A stretch of DNA of 64,000 nt from Lachnospiraceae bacterium (GTDB lineage Bacteria; Bacillota; Clostridia; Lachnospirales; Lachnospiraceae): the NCBI GenBank assembly GCA_017622845.1, contig JAGAQJ010000002.1, positions 11,830 through 75,829 of the forward strand, written 5' to 3'. Each line of letters opens with the position of its first letter. The stretch's first letter is position 1. The notes under the pieces are model-generated. The model searched no databases, was not told where the DNA came from, and saw nothing but the letters and a program-made list of their open reading frames with translations. Made by a program: the position numbers and the translations under genes. This document shows positions 42,147 to 51,311 of the stretch, one piece after another.

Positions 42147-44270
42147 TTGGGGTTGGAGAGTATGTTAGGTAAGATAAAAGATGCCGTGCAGGGCAGATTA
42201 TATAAGAACTGTATCAAAGAATATGAAAGGGAGCTTCGCTATCAGACAGACCCATATCTTTTATGGATTAAGGAAAACGAGAAGTGCAGTGCGCAAGAGG
42301 CAAAGGAAGATTCCGGTCCGGCAGTCGGAGTGGTGTATATGGAAAACTGCGGCAGAAATTTTTCTCTGTCAAAATGCAATAAGGAATATCTGGTCTTTGC
42401 ATCGGAGAATGGAAAGATTGCTGCCAATGCCTTTTGTGAGATTGCGCAGTATTTCGATACCCATCAGGATGTCAGCATCGTCTATGCCGATGAAGATGTA
42501 TGGATGCTGGAGGAGGAAAATGCAGCAGGCGGCGGTTCCAAAAGACGCAGTGAAATTGCCGATGACGAGGAAAATGCACACAGGATATTTCCATGGACAA
42601 AGCCTGTGTGGTCTCCGGATACACTCCTTTCTTTTCTTTATTTCGGAAACATCTTTGCTGTCCGCAGGAAGGCTTTTTTGGAGCTTGCATGGCTTGGCAG
42701 CGATGATTATAAAAAGAATCTTTATGATTTTGTGCTGAAAGCAACGGAGGATGGCAGGCATCCGGGCCATATTGAAAAAATATTATTCCATGCGTACAGG
42801 CGAGGGAAAAACAGAGCTGCGATTGAAGAAGAAATCATGCATGACACAGATTTTATCGGGGTCGGCAGTTCATATGACTTTATTCGGGAAAGTGCATTTG
42901 CAAGGCGCGGACTGCGCGCAGCAATGGCGGTTGATGAGAAGACAGGCATTTCTTATCCGGTGTATGAGATACCGGACAAGCCGCTTGTCAGCATTATTAT
43001 TCCTTCCAAGGACAATGAGAGCGTACTAAAGCAGTGTATCCGTTCCATCTATGAACATACGGACTATCCCAATTATGAGATTGTGGTTATTGACAATGGA
43101 AGCAAAGAGCAGGTCCGCACCGGATTGGAGCAGTTCCGGCAGGAGTGTGCGTTTACCTATCTGTACCAGCCGATGGATTTTAATTTTTCCCGCATGTGCA
43201 ATCTTGGCGTGAAGGAGTCAAAAGGGGAATATATCCTGCTGCTGAATGATGACATGGAGGCAATTGAGGCTTCCTGGCTCACCCGAATGGTAGGACAGGC
43301 GTCTTTAAAGCATGTAGGCGCAGTCGGTGCGAAGCTTTTGTATCCTGATTCGACAAAGATACAGCATGTCGGCATCAGCAACACGGTATATGGTCCGGGA
43401 CATAAGCTCAGGCATCTTGACGATACGCTGTCCTATTATTACGGCAGAAACCGTTTTGTATATGATATGATTGGCGTTACGGCCGCATGCCTGCTGATGC
43501 GCAGGGATGATTTCACTGCGCTGGACGGTCTGTTTGAGGGGCTTGCCGTGGCGTATAATGATGTGGATTTGTGTTTCCGGCTGTGTGATAAGGGCTTGTA
43601 TAATGTACAGAGAAATGATGTTGTTCTTTACCATCATGAGTCGCTCAGCCGCGGCGATGATATGCAGGACGAAAATAAAATGAAACGTCTGATGAAAGAG
43701 AGAAACGTCCTTTACCGGAGACATGCAAAACTTTACAGGCAGGACCCGTTTATCGGTACGCTGATGAACAGCGGAGAGCCGGAGTATCAGTGCCGGTGGC
43801 TGGAGGGATATGAGCTGGTCAATATAGACAACGGTGACAGCAGAATTGAGGAAGCAAAGAAACTTCCAAATCCGGACTCCATGAATCAGGCAATTATGAT
43901 TGTAGTTGAAGACTGCGGAAAAGAAAACTTTGTGAAGACGGCTGCCGGGAAAGGAAAGGAGAAGAAAGCGTATTATCTGATTAAGGGCTGGGCATATGTG
44001 CCCGGAGCAGACAATGCCCGTTATCAGTTTAAGCTTCTTCTGGTCAACAGTCAGGGCAAGGTGTGGGCGCTTCCTCTGCAGAAGCGGTTCCGCAAAGATG
44101 TTGCCGCAATCCTGCCTGATGAGACGAATGTGGAGCTGACCGGGTTCTGCGGCTGGATTTTTGAAGGAACGCTTCCGCCTGACACGTATGAGCTGTGGAT
44201 GACGGCAAAGGACGGCTGTTCCAGACAGCGGCTGTATCGATATACGGAAAAGAAACTGACAGTAGAATGA
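42147..44270 (+). CDS. Multi-domain GT2 glycosyltransferase (rhamnan-type polymerising GT candidate)
   Basis: The central GT2 domain reads LVSIIIPSKDNESVLKQCIRSI..YEIVVIDNGS...YILLLNDDMEA...VGAVGAKLLYPD. An N-terminal partial GT-like region is present (VYADEDVWM...WSPDTLLSFLYFGNIFAVRR). The start codon is ambiguous (TTG 42147, TTG 42153 or ATG 42162). Confidence 0.8.
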   Translation: MGLESMLGKIKDAVQGRLYKNCIKEYERELRYQTDPYLLWIKENEKCSAQEAKEDSGPAVGVVYMENCGRNFSLSKCNKEYLVFASENGKIAANAFCEIAQYFDTHQDVSIVYADEDVWMLEEENAAGGGSKRRSEIADDEENAHRIFPWTKPVWSPDTLLSFLYFGNIFAVRRKAFLELAWLGSDDYKKNLYDFVLKATEDGRHPGHIEKILFHAYRRGKNRAAIEEEIMHDTDFIGVGSSYDFIRESAFARRGLRAAMAVDEKTGISYPVYEIPDKPLVSIIIPSKDNESVLKQCIRSIYEHTDYPNYEIVVIDNGSKEQVRTGLEQFRQECAFTYLYQPMDFNFSRMCNLGVKESKGEYILLLNDDMEAIEASWLTRMVGQASLKHVGAVGAKLLYPDSTKIQHVGISNTVYGPGHKLRHLDDTLSYYYGRNRFVYDMIGVTAACLLMRRDDFTALDGLFEGLAVAYNDVDLCFRLCDKGLYNVQRNDVVLYHHESLSRGDDMQDENKMKRLMKERNVLYRRHAKLYRQDPFIGTLMNSGEPEYQCRWLEGYELVNIDNGDSRIEEAKKLPNPDSMNQAIMIVVEDCGKENFVKTAAGKGKEKKAYYLIKGWAYVPGADNARYQFKLLLVNSQGKVWALPLQKRFRKDVAAILPDETNVELTGFCGWIFEGTLPPDTYELWMTAKDGCSRQRLYRYTEKKLTVE

Positions 44271-46624
44271 GGCGGTCAATGATCGGGAGTGGAAACAGGA
44301 TGAGCTATCAACAGGAACTTTTCGCCCAGAAGACACCATACCTGCAATGGCTGAAGGAGCAGGAGCAGCGGGGAAACCAACCGGAAGCTCTAGGGAAGCA
44401 TATCCAAACGCTTCCCTTTTCTTCGTGTATGGATACGATTCCCTGTGCAGACAATATGGAGGCGGACGGTATTTATCTCTGCGTGAAGACGAACGGCATA
44501 TTGACAATGGGCGCAGCGGCAGAGATACAAAGAGCATTTTTGGAACAGAAAGATACGGTATTGGTCTATGCGGATGAGGATTATAGGGGAAGCCTCAGGG
44601 AGCTGTATGGAATAGAAGATGGTGTGTTTGACGAAGAAATTACAGAGCCGTACCGCTTTGGAGATGCTGTGCATTACCGGGGAAATCCTTGGTTTAAGCC
44701 TGATTTTTCGCCGGATACGCTCGCGTCTTTTTTCTATATCGGAAGCATTTTTGCCATCAGGGGCGACGCATTTAGAGAGACTGCCGCGGAATATGGGAAG
44801 GATATCAGTTTCTATGAGCTTGTGTATCATATTTTTACCAGGGAACTGCAAAGAAAGCTGGAACAGGGGCGGCACGGAATTGTCCACCTGCCAAGGGTTC
44901 TCTACACAAACAATAATCTTGATGAGGAGCACAGGCTGGAAAGCTCCGATCGAATCAAAGCGTTATTTGCAAACCAGACATCATGGAAAAAGCAAGCAGA
45001 ATATGGAAATAAAATAACGGCTGATATTTTTGGAAATCCAAGTCAGCATGCAAAGGGGAAGGTATCTGTTATTATTCCAAGTAAGGATAACGCGCAGGTG
45101 CTGTACAAATGCATTGCTTCTTTGAATCAATATACGGCATATCACAACTACGAGCTGATTCTTGTGGATAACGGAAGCAGTCCGGAGCAAAGAATGTGGA
45201 TAAATCAGTACATTGACAGACTGAAAACAGAAAGCAGTGGCAAGGAGGTTCCTCTTGAAGTCACATATCTTTATGAGGAGATGGACTTTAATTTTTCGAA
45301 GATGTGCAATCTCGGCGCAAGAGCGGCAAAGGGAGATTACCTGCTTTTTCTGAATGATGATATTGAGATTATGGACACCGAACAAGGGCATAAATGGCTG
45401 GATTACATGCTGTTTTACGCAGCAAAATGCCACGTTGGGGCAGTCGGAGCCAAGCTGTATTATCCTGAGCCGGAGCAGATACTCTGTGAGACTGCTGAGA
45501 CAGAGTCTGTTTCCGGTGAGTCTTCCGGCTTGGAAAGCACTGAAATGAAAAGCACTGAAATGAAAAGCGCTGGCACGAAAATTTCAGACAGGAGGGAAGA
45601 TGAAAGGAAAGCATGTTACAGAATCCAGCACGCAGGCATCACCAACATGGGTATCGGACCGGCGCATAAGCTTGGCGGTATGCCGGACTTAGGCTGCCTT
45701 TATCATGGACACAATACCCAAAACTATGATATGCTTGCCGTGACAGGAGCGTGTATGCTGATGAGGCGGTCTGTCTTTGAGGAGGCTGCGGGCTTTGACG
45801 AGTCGCTTGCGGTGGCATATAATGATGTGGAGCTTTGTTTTCGCTTATATGAAGCAGGATTTTTCAATGTACAGGTCAATGATGCGGCGCTGATTCACCA
45901 TGAATCGCTTAGCCGTGGGGCGGATACCTCACAGGAAAAGCAAAAACGTCTGAACATCGAGAAGCAAAGACTGTATGAAAAGCACCCGGCGCTGAAAAAT
46001 AAAGACCCGTTTTACAGTCCGAATCTGGTGCAGTGGAAAAAAGACACGGATTATAACACAGCTTATCTGTACGAATGCGACAAAATTGCAAAACCGAGGC
46101 TGCTGGGCGCGAAAGAAAAACAGGCGGTATTAAAACAGTATGATTTCCGGAGAAGCCTGGATTGTCATTGCAAGCCGGTCAGAAAGTTGTATGATAAGCT
46201 TAAAAAATATCATCTGCTGCAGTATAATATTGAGCATATAGAAGAATCAGACGGTTTGATTATGATAACAGGGTGGCATCTGGAGCTGAATCGTGATAAT
46301 GCGGATTTGCCGAAAAAGCTTTGGCTGATGGATATGACGCGGAACGAGAATTACAGAACTGTATATGAATTTGACGTCATGCCGAAGCTTCGCGAAGACG
46401 TGGCAGCAGTTTTTTCTGAAGGTGCATGCAATGAAAAGACAAAAAATACAGCGCTTTCCGGAATACAGCTTTGCTTTGAAAAAACACAGCTTCATCAGGG
46501 AAGCTATGCGATTGGGATACTGACAGACAAAAAACGTCTGATATGCATAGAGCAGACAGGTGACGAAAAAGCGTATGTGGAAATGAATTATATACAGAAA
46601 GGTGTGATACAGGATGGCAGATGA
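44267..46624 (+). CDS. Multi-domain GT2 glycosyltransferase, paralog of the preceding gene, with a low-complexity insertion
   Basis: It has the same block order as 42147..44270 (PYLQWLKEQE, VYADEDYRG, FSPDTLASFFYIGSIFAIR, VSVIIPSKDNAQVL, YLLFLNDDIEI). The start is ambiguous (ATG 44267, 44279 or 44300). Confidence 0.75.
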   Translation: MRRSMIGSGNRMSYQQELFAQKTPYLQWLKEQEQRGNQPEALGKHIQTLPFSSCMDTIPCADNMEADGIYLCVKTNGILTMGAAAEIQRAFLEQKDTVLVYADEDYRGSLRELYGIEDGVFDEEITEPYRFGDAVHYRGNPWFKPDFSPDTLASFFYIGSIFAIRGDAFRETAAEYGKDISFYELVYHIFTRELQRKLEQGRHGIVHLPRVLYTNNNLDEEHRLESSDRIKALFANQTSWKKQAEYGNKITADIFGNPSQHAKGKVSVIIPSKDNAQVLYKCIASLNQYTAYHNYELILVDNGSSPEQRMWINQYIDRLKTESSGKEVPLEVTYLYEEMDFNFSKMCNLGARAAKGDYLLFLNDDIEIMDTEQGHKWLDYMLFYAAKCHVGAVGAKLYYPEPEQILCETAETESVSGESSGLESTEMKSTEMKSAGTKISDRREDERKACYRIQHAGITNMGIGPAHKLGGMPDLGCLYHGHNTQNYDMLAVTGACMLMRRSVFEEAAGFDESLAVAYNDVELCFRLYEAGFFNVQVNDAALIHHESLSRGADTSQEKQKRLNIEKQRLYEKHPALKNKDPFYSPNLVQWKKDTDYNTAYLYECDKIAKPRLLGAKEKQAVLKQYDFRRSLDCHCKPVRKLYDKLKKYHLLQYNIEHIEESDGLIMITGWHLELNRDNADLPKKLWLMDMTRNENYRTVYEFDVMPKLREDVAAVFSEGACNEKTKNTALSGIQLCFEKTQLHQGSYAIGILTDKKRLICIEQTGDEKAYVEMNYIQKGVIQDGR
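45536..45580 (+). repeat. 15-bp tandem duplication inside a GT2 coding region
   Basis: AGCACTGAAATGAAA occurs at 45536-45550 and 45551-45565, followed by a degenerate third unit. It encodes STEMKSTEMKS. Confidence 0.8.
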
Positions 46625-48620
46625 CAGGACAGACATTCAGGGGTCTGACAATGGGCAGACTGCAGAATTTTATAAGCAGGCGTATGAGCAGGAAAAGGCG
46701 CGTGCGGCTTCTCTTGCAGGCAGGCTTGCTGACGCAAAGAATGAGGCGGACAATCTGCAGTTTCAGCTTGACCGCATCAAAAACAATCCGGTATGGAAGG
46801 CATCAAAGCCCTTGAGACAGACCATGCACTGGGGAATTAGAAATTACAGACGCGTGCGGAATCTGGGCGGACCCAAGGGCATTGTAAGAAAGCTAAAGCA
46901 GAAGAAAATTGAATCCGAGGCAAAGAAGCTCCACGGTACGGCAAGCTTTCCGACGCCCGAACAAGCGAAGCAGCAGAAGAACACGAAGTTTGAACGTATG
47001 GTAAAAATCAGTATTCTTGTGCCGTTGTATAACACGCCGTTACAGTTTCTCGATGAGATGATACAGTCCGTGCTTCATCAGACCTATCAGAACTGGGAGC
47101 TGTGCCTTGCGGACGGTTCCGACAAGGACCATAATGAGGTGGAGGCGCGCTGCCGTGAATTTATGGCAGACGATCAGCGCATAATATATAAAAGGCTTGC
47201 AAAGAATGAGGGTATTTCCGGAAATACAAACGAGTGTTATGCGATGGCAACAGGAGAGTATATCGGACTTTTTGACCATGATGATGTGCTGCACCCTGCC
47301 GTATTGTATGAATATGTCAAGGTTATCAATGAACAGGGAGCTGATTATATTTACTGTGATGAGACAACGTTTAAGGGCGACAGCATTGACAATATGATTA
47401 CGCTCCACTTTAAGCCCGATTTTGCGCCGGATAATCTCAGGGCAAACAATTATATCTGCCATTTCAGCGTCTTTTCAAGGGAGCTTCTGGAGGGAACAGA
47501 GCTTTTCAGAAGCGGCTTCGACGGGAGTCAGGACCACGATATGATTCTGCGGCTCACGTCCAGCGCAAAGAAGGTGGTACATGTGCCAAAGCTTTTGTAT
47601 TACTGGCGTTCCCACAAGGGAAGCGTGGCGAGTGACATCAGTGCAAAGCCCTATGCCATCGCAGCAGCAAAGGGGGCGGTGGCAGATCATCTGACCAGGT
47701 GCGGCTTCAAGAATTTTGAGATTAAAAGCACCAGAGCCTTTGACACGATTTTTGAAATTAAGTATGAGATTCTAAGCGAGGATAAAATCTCCATACTGAT
47801 ACCGAATAAGGATCACATTGACGATTTGAGGCGCTGCATTGATTCGATTAGAGAGCGCAGTACCTATGAGAATTATGAGATTATCGTCATTGAAAATAAC
47901 AGTGAGCAGCAGGCAACCTTTGATTACTATAAAACATTAGAAGAACAGGAAAATATAACGGTTGTTATTTATAAGGGCGCATTTAATTATTCCAGGATCA
48001 ACAATTTTGGAGCAGGCTTTGCCACAGGAAAATATCTGCTGTTATTGAATAACGATACGCAGGTTATTTCAATGAATTGGCTGGAGTCTATGCTCATGTA
48101 CGCACAGCGCCCTGATGTGGGAGCAGTCGGAGCAAAGCTTTACTATGGCGACAGAACCATACAACATGCAGGCGTAGTTGTAGGACTTGGTGCGCACAGG
48201 ACGGCAGGGCACACGCATTACAGAATTAACTATGATAATCTGGGCTATATGGGAAAACTGTGTTATGCGCAGAATGTATCAGCAGTCACGGGAGCCTGTC
48301 TGATGGTGAAAAAGAGTATTTACGATGCGCTTGGCGGACTGGATGAGGCATTTCAGATTGCATTAAATGATGTAGACTTCTGTCTGCGCATCAGGGAAAA
48401 AGGATATCTGAACGTCTTTACGCCGTTTGCAGAGCTGTACCACTTTGAGTCGGCATCGCGCGGTATTGATGCGGTCAACGAGGCTAAGGCAAAGCGCTAT
48501 GAGGAGGAATGTGCGCTGTTCCGCGAGCGCTGGAAGGAGCTGCTCGCAAAGGGTGACCCGTATTACAATCCGAATTTCTCGCTTGACCGCAGTGACTACT
48601 CGCTGAGGGTGAACAAATGA
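46614..48620 (+). CDS. Dual-GT2-domain glycosyltransferase with an N-terminal coiled-coil
   Basis: The N-terminal helical segment is AEFYKQAYEQEKARAASLAGRLADAKNEADNLQFQLDRIKNN. GT2 domain 1 reads ISILVPLYNTPLQFL...GLFDHDDVLHP. GT2 domain 2 reads ISILIPNKDHIDDL...LLLLNNDTQVI...VGAVGAKLYY. Confidence 0.8.
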   Translation: MADDRTDIQGSDNGQTAEFYKQAYEQEKARAASLAGRLADAKNEADNLQFQLDRIKNNPVWKASKPLRQTMHWGIRNYRRVRNLGGPKGIVRKLKQKKIESEAKKLHGTASFPTPEQAKQQKNTKFERMVKISILVPLYNTPLQFLDEMIQSVLHQTYQNWELCLADGSDKDHNEVEARCREFMADDQRIIYKRLAKNEGISGNTNECYAMATGEYIGLFDHDDVLHPAVLYEYVKVINEQGADYIYCDETTFKGDSIDNMITLHFKPDFAPDNLRANNYICHFSVFSRELLEGTELFRSGFDGSQDHDMILRLTSSAKKVVHVPKLLYYWRSHKGSVASDISAKPYAIAAAKGAVADHLTRCGFKNFEIKSTRAFDTIFEIKYEILSEDKISILIPNKDHIDDLRRCIDSIRERSTYENYEIIVIENNSEQQATFDYYKTLEEQENITVVIYKGAFNYSRINNFGAGFATGKYLLLLNNDTQVISMNWLESMLMYAQRPDVGAVGAKLYYGDRTIQHAGVVVGLGAHRTAGHTHYRINYDNLGYMGKLCYAQNVSAVTGACLMVKKSIYDALGGLDEAFQIALNDVDFCLRIREKGYLNVFTPFAELYHFESASRGIDAVNEAKAKRYEEECALFRERWKELLAKGDPYYNPNFSLDRSDYSLRVNK

Positions 48621-48899
48621 TGCTTTGTAACTGTGCAGTACGGCACAGCGCTATCTGCAATGGACATCGGAGATGCTCGTTTGGAATGCGTGAGAAGGCG
48701 TACCGGACATGCCCAATGGTATAAAAGACCGAAAATGCTTAAAATTGAGACTAAAGCAGAACAATACAGTTAAAAATGACTTAAATTTGGCTAAATTTGC
48801 TTATAATCTTGAAAAAAGCTTATATATTTGATTTAATAGAAATGGAATATGGTGTTTCAGAAAACACTGATTTTAATGTATTTATGTGGAGGTAGCAAT

Positions 48900-50627
48900 A
48901 TGAGTTTTATGGACGAATTTAACTTCTGGCTGAATGATGATTATTTTGACCAGGCGACAAAGGATGAGCTCTTAAAGATTAAGGACAATGAGAGCGAAAT
49001 CGAGGAACGTTTTTACAAGGAACTTGAGTTTGGTACGGGAGGACTTCGCGGCGTAATCGGCGCAGGCACTAACCGTATGAACATCTACACTGTAAGAAAG
49101 GCTTCACAGGGTCTTGCAAACTACATTATCAAGGCAAACGGACAGAAGAAGGGTATTGCTATCGCATACGATTCACGTTTTATGTCGCCGGAGTTTGCTG
49201 ATGAGGCAGCTTTATGCATGGCGGCAAACGGCATTAAAGCTTATGTATTTGAGTCTTTAAGACCGACGCCTGAGCTTTCCTTCGCACTGAGAACACTTGG
49301 CTGCATTTCCGGTATCGTAATCACAGCAAGCCACAATCCGCCTGAGTATAACGGCTACAAGGTATATTGGGAGGACGGCGCACAGATTACAGCGCCGAAG
49401 GATAAGGAAATTATCAATGAAGTTAAGGCTGTGACAGACTATCATACCGTAAAGACGATGGACAAGCAGGAGGCAGTGAACGCCGGATTATATCAGGTTA
49501 TCGGCAAGGAAATTGACGATGCCTACATGGTTGAGTTAAAGAAGCAGATTATCCACCCTGATGTAATTAAAGAAGTAGCAGACGATATTAAGATTGTATA
49601 CACACCGCTCTGCGGTACCGGCAACAAGCCCGTCAGAAGAATCCTTTCTGAGCTTGGCTTCAAGAATGTTTATGTCGTACCGGAGCAGGAAAATCCGGAC
49701 CCGAAGTTTACAACCCTGGATTATCCGAATCCGGAAGACCCGAAGGCATTTACATATGCCTTAAAGCTTGCCCGGGAGAAGAATGCAGACATCGTGCTTG
49801 CAACCGACCCCGATGCAGACAGACTTGGCATCTACGCACTTGACACAAAGAGCGGAGAGTACAAGGCATTTACAGGCAATATGTCAGGTATGCTTATTGC
49901 AGAGTATATCCTGAGAGAGAGAACCGCTACAGGAACAATGCCTGAAAATCCGGCTCTCGTTACAACAATTGTAACAACCAACATGACAGCGCCCATTACA
50001 AAAGCTTACGGCGTTAAGTTAATCGAAGTTCTTACCGGCTTTAAGTTTATCGGTGAGCAGATTAAGCTGTTTGAGCAGACAGGCTCCAACAATTATGTGT
50101 TCGGTCTTGAGGAGAGCTATGGCTGCCTTGCAGGTACACATGCAAGAGATAAGGACGCAGTTGTGGCAGTTATGTGCTTGTGTGAGGTTGCCGCATGGTG
50201 CAAGAAGAACGGCAAGACATTATATGATATGATGCTTGAAATCTATGAGAAGTACGGCTACTATAAGGAGACACAGTATGCCATCACGATGAAGGGCATC
50301 GACGGTTCTAAGCAGATTGCTGCATTGATGGAGAAGCTTAGAAGCAATCCGCCTAAAAAGTTTGGCGAGTTAGACGTTGTCCGCTTAAGAGATTATGAGA
50401 ATGACGTGATTACGGAGCTTGAGACAGGAAAGACCTATCCTACAGGACTTCCGAAGTCCAATGTTCTTTATTTTGACCTTACAAATGATTCATGGTGCTG
50501 TGCAAGACCTTCCGGTACAGAGCCTAAGATTAAGTTCTACATGGGCGTGAAAGGAACAAGCCTTGAAGATGCACAGAAGAAGGTAGAGGACTTAACAAAC
50601 GAGGTTAAGGCTGTAATTGAACAGTAA
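48900..50627 (+). CDS. Alpha-D-phosphohexomutase (phosphoglucomutase/phosphomannomutase, PgcA-like)
   Basis: The start ATG at 48900 follows a GGAGG RBS. It has GTGGLRG, the active-site loop ITASHNPPEYNGYK, the metal loop TDPDADR, and GLEESYG. Confidence 0.85.
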   Translation: MSFMDEFNFWLNDDYFDQATKDELLKIKDNESEIEERFYKELEFGTGGLRGVIGAGTNRMNIYTVRKASQGLANYIIKANGQKKGIAIAYDSRFMSPEFADEAALCMAANGIKAYVFESLRPTPELSFALRTLGCISGIVITASHNPPEYNGYKVYWEDGAQITAPKDKEIINEVKAVTDYHTVKTMDKQEAVNAGLYQVIGKEIDDAYMVELKKQIIHPDVIKEVADDIKIVYTPLCGTGNKPVRRILSELGFKNVYVVPEQENPDPKFTTLDYPNPEDPKAFTYALKLAREKNADIVLATDPDADRLGIYALDTKSGEYKAFTGNMSGMLIAEYILRERTATGTMPENPALVTTIVTTNMTAPITKAYGVKLIEVLTGFKFIGEQIKLFEQTGSNNYVFGLEESYGCLAGTHARDKDAVVAVMCLCEVAAWCKKNGKTLYDMMLEIYEKYGYYKETQYAITMKGIDGSKQIAALMEKLRSNPPKKFGELDVVRLRDYENDVITELETGKTYPTGLPKSNVLYFDLTNDSWCCARPSGTEPKIKFYMGVKGTSLEDAQKKVEDLTNEVKAVIEQ

Positions 50628-50642
50628 TAATGTGTAAAATGA

Positions 50643-50677
50643 GAAACCGGACGGCTATTGCTTAGCTGTCTGGTTTC
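50643..50677 (+). terminator. Hairpin downstream of the phosphohexomutase gene (weak U-tract)
   Basis: GAAACCGGACGGC-TATTGCTTA-GCTGTCTGGTTTC forms a 13-bp stem including two G-U pairs that work only on the + strand RNA. Confidence 0.4.
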
Positions 50678-50711
50678 ATTCATGCACATAGACAGAGAAG
50701 ATGGAGTTTTT

Positions 50712-51155
50712 ATGAAAAAATTATTTGCCCAGATAATTAAATTCGGTTTTGTCGGCGGTCTTTGCTTTTTAATTGATTTTGTAATTTCCACGGTATTATT
50801 TCATCTGCTGATTCATGCGGTTTCCAGAAATATGGCTACGGCAGTCGGCGGATTTTTTGGCTTCACCATTTCCGTGATTGTCAATTATGTCCTCAGCATG
50901 AAGTTTGTGTTTGAGCGCAAGGAGGACATGAGCAGAAAAAAAGAATTTGTCATCTTTATCATATTGAGCGTGATTGGACTTGGAATCAATGAGGTGATCC
51001 TGCTTGCATGCAGCGCTATGTATGAGGGCAGTGCTGTCCTTATGGCGGCCTTTGGAGATACATTGTGGTTTGCAGTTTCTAAAGTGATTGCGACAGCAAT
51101 AGTAATGGTTTATAATTTTATCAGCAGAAAGATTTTTTTAGAGAAGAAATCCTGA
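50712..51155 (+). CDS. GtrA-family membrane protein (candidate polyprenyl-P-sugar flippase)
   Basis: The sequence reads MKKLFAQIIKFGFVGGLCFLIDFVIST...VNYVLSMKFVF...YNFISRKIF. It is 147 aa with four TM helices. Confidence 0.8.
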   Translation: MKKLFAQIIKFGFVGGLCFLIDFVISTVLFHLLIHAVSRNMATAVGGFFGFTISVIVNYVLSMKFVFERKEDMSRKKEFVIFIILSVIGLGINEVILLACSAMYEGSAVLMAAFGDTLWFAVSKVIATAIVMVYNFISRKIFLEKKS

Positions 51156-51225
51156 CAGGAAGAATGATAGTATAAAGAAAATCTAATATAAAGAAAATAT
51201 AGTTTAAAAAGTTTAGTAATAAATT

Positions 51226-51288
51226 GTTACAGTTCAGCCGGAAATTTGCGCTTGCTGCAAACCTTGTAAAAACATAGCGGCTGAAAGA
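51226..51288 (+). repeat. Intergenic repeat (module 1, preceded by an inverted half of module 3)
   Basis: GTTACAGTTCAGCCGGAAATTTGCGCTTGCTGCAAACCTTGTAAAAACATAGCGGCTGAAAGA is ~80% identical to 9154-9215. It contains the hairpin TTTGC(G)/(T)GCAAA. Confidence 0.7.
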
Positions 51289-51311
51289 AATTTTAAAATT
51301 TGGAGTGAACA

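Noticed and set aside
43305-44537. A 410-aa minus-strand ORF. Similar long minus-strand ORFs lie at 41124-42119 and 10923-11663.
   Set aside because: These ORFs lie fully antisense to well-supported GT2, methyltransferase and oxidoreductase genes. Their translations are R/L/C/H/I-rich with no recognisable motifs or RBS. They are typical shadow ORFs of moderately GC-rich coding DNA.
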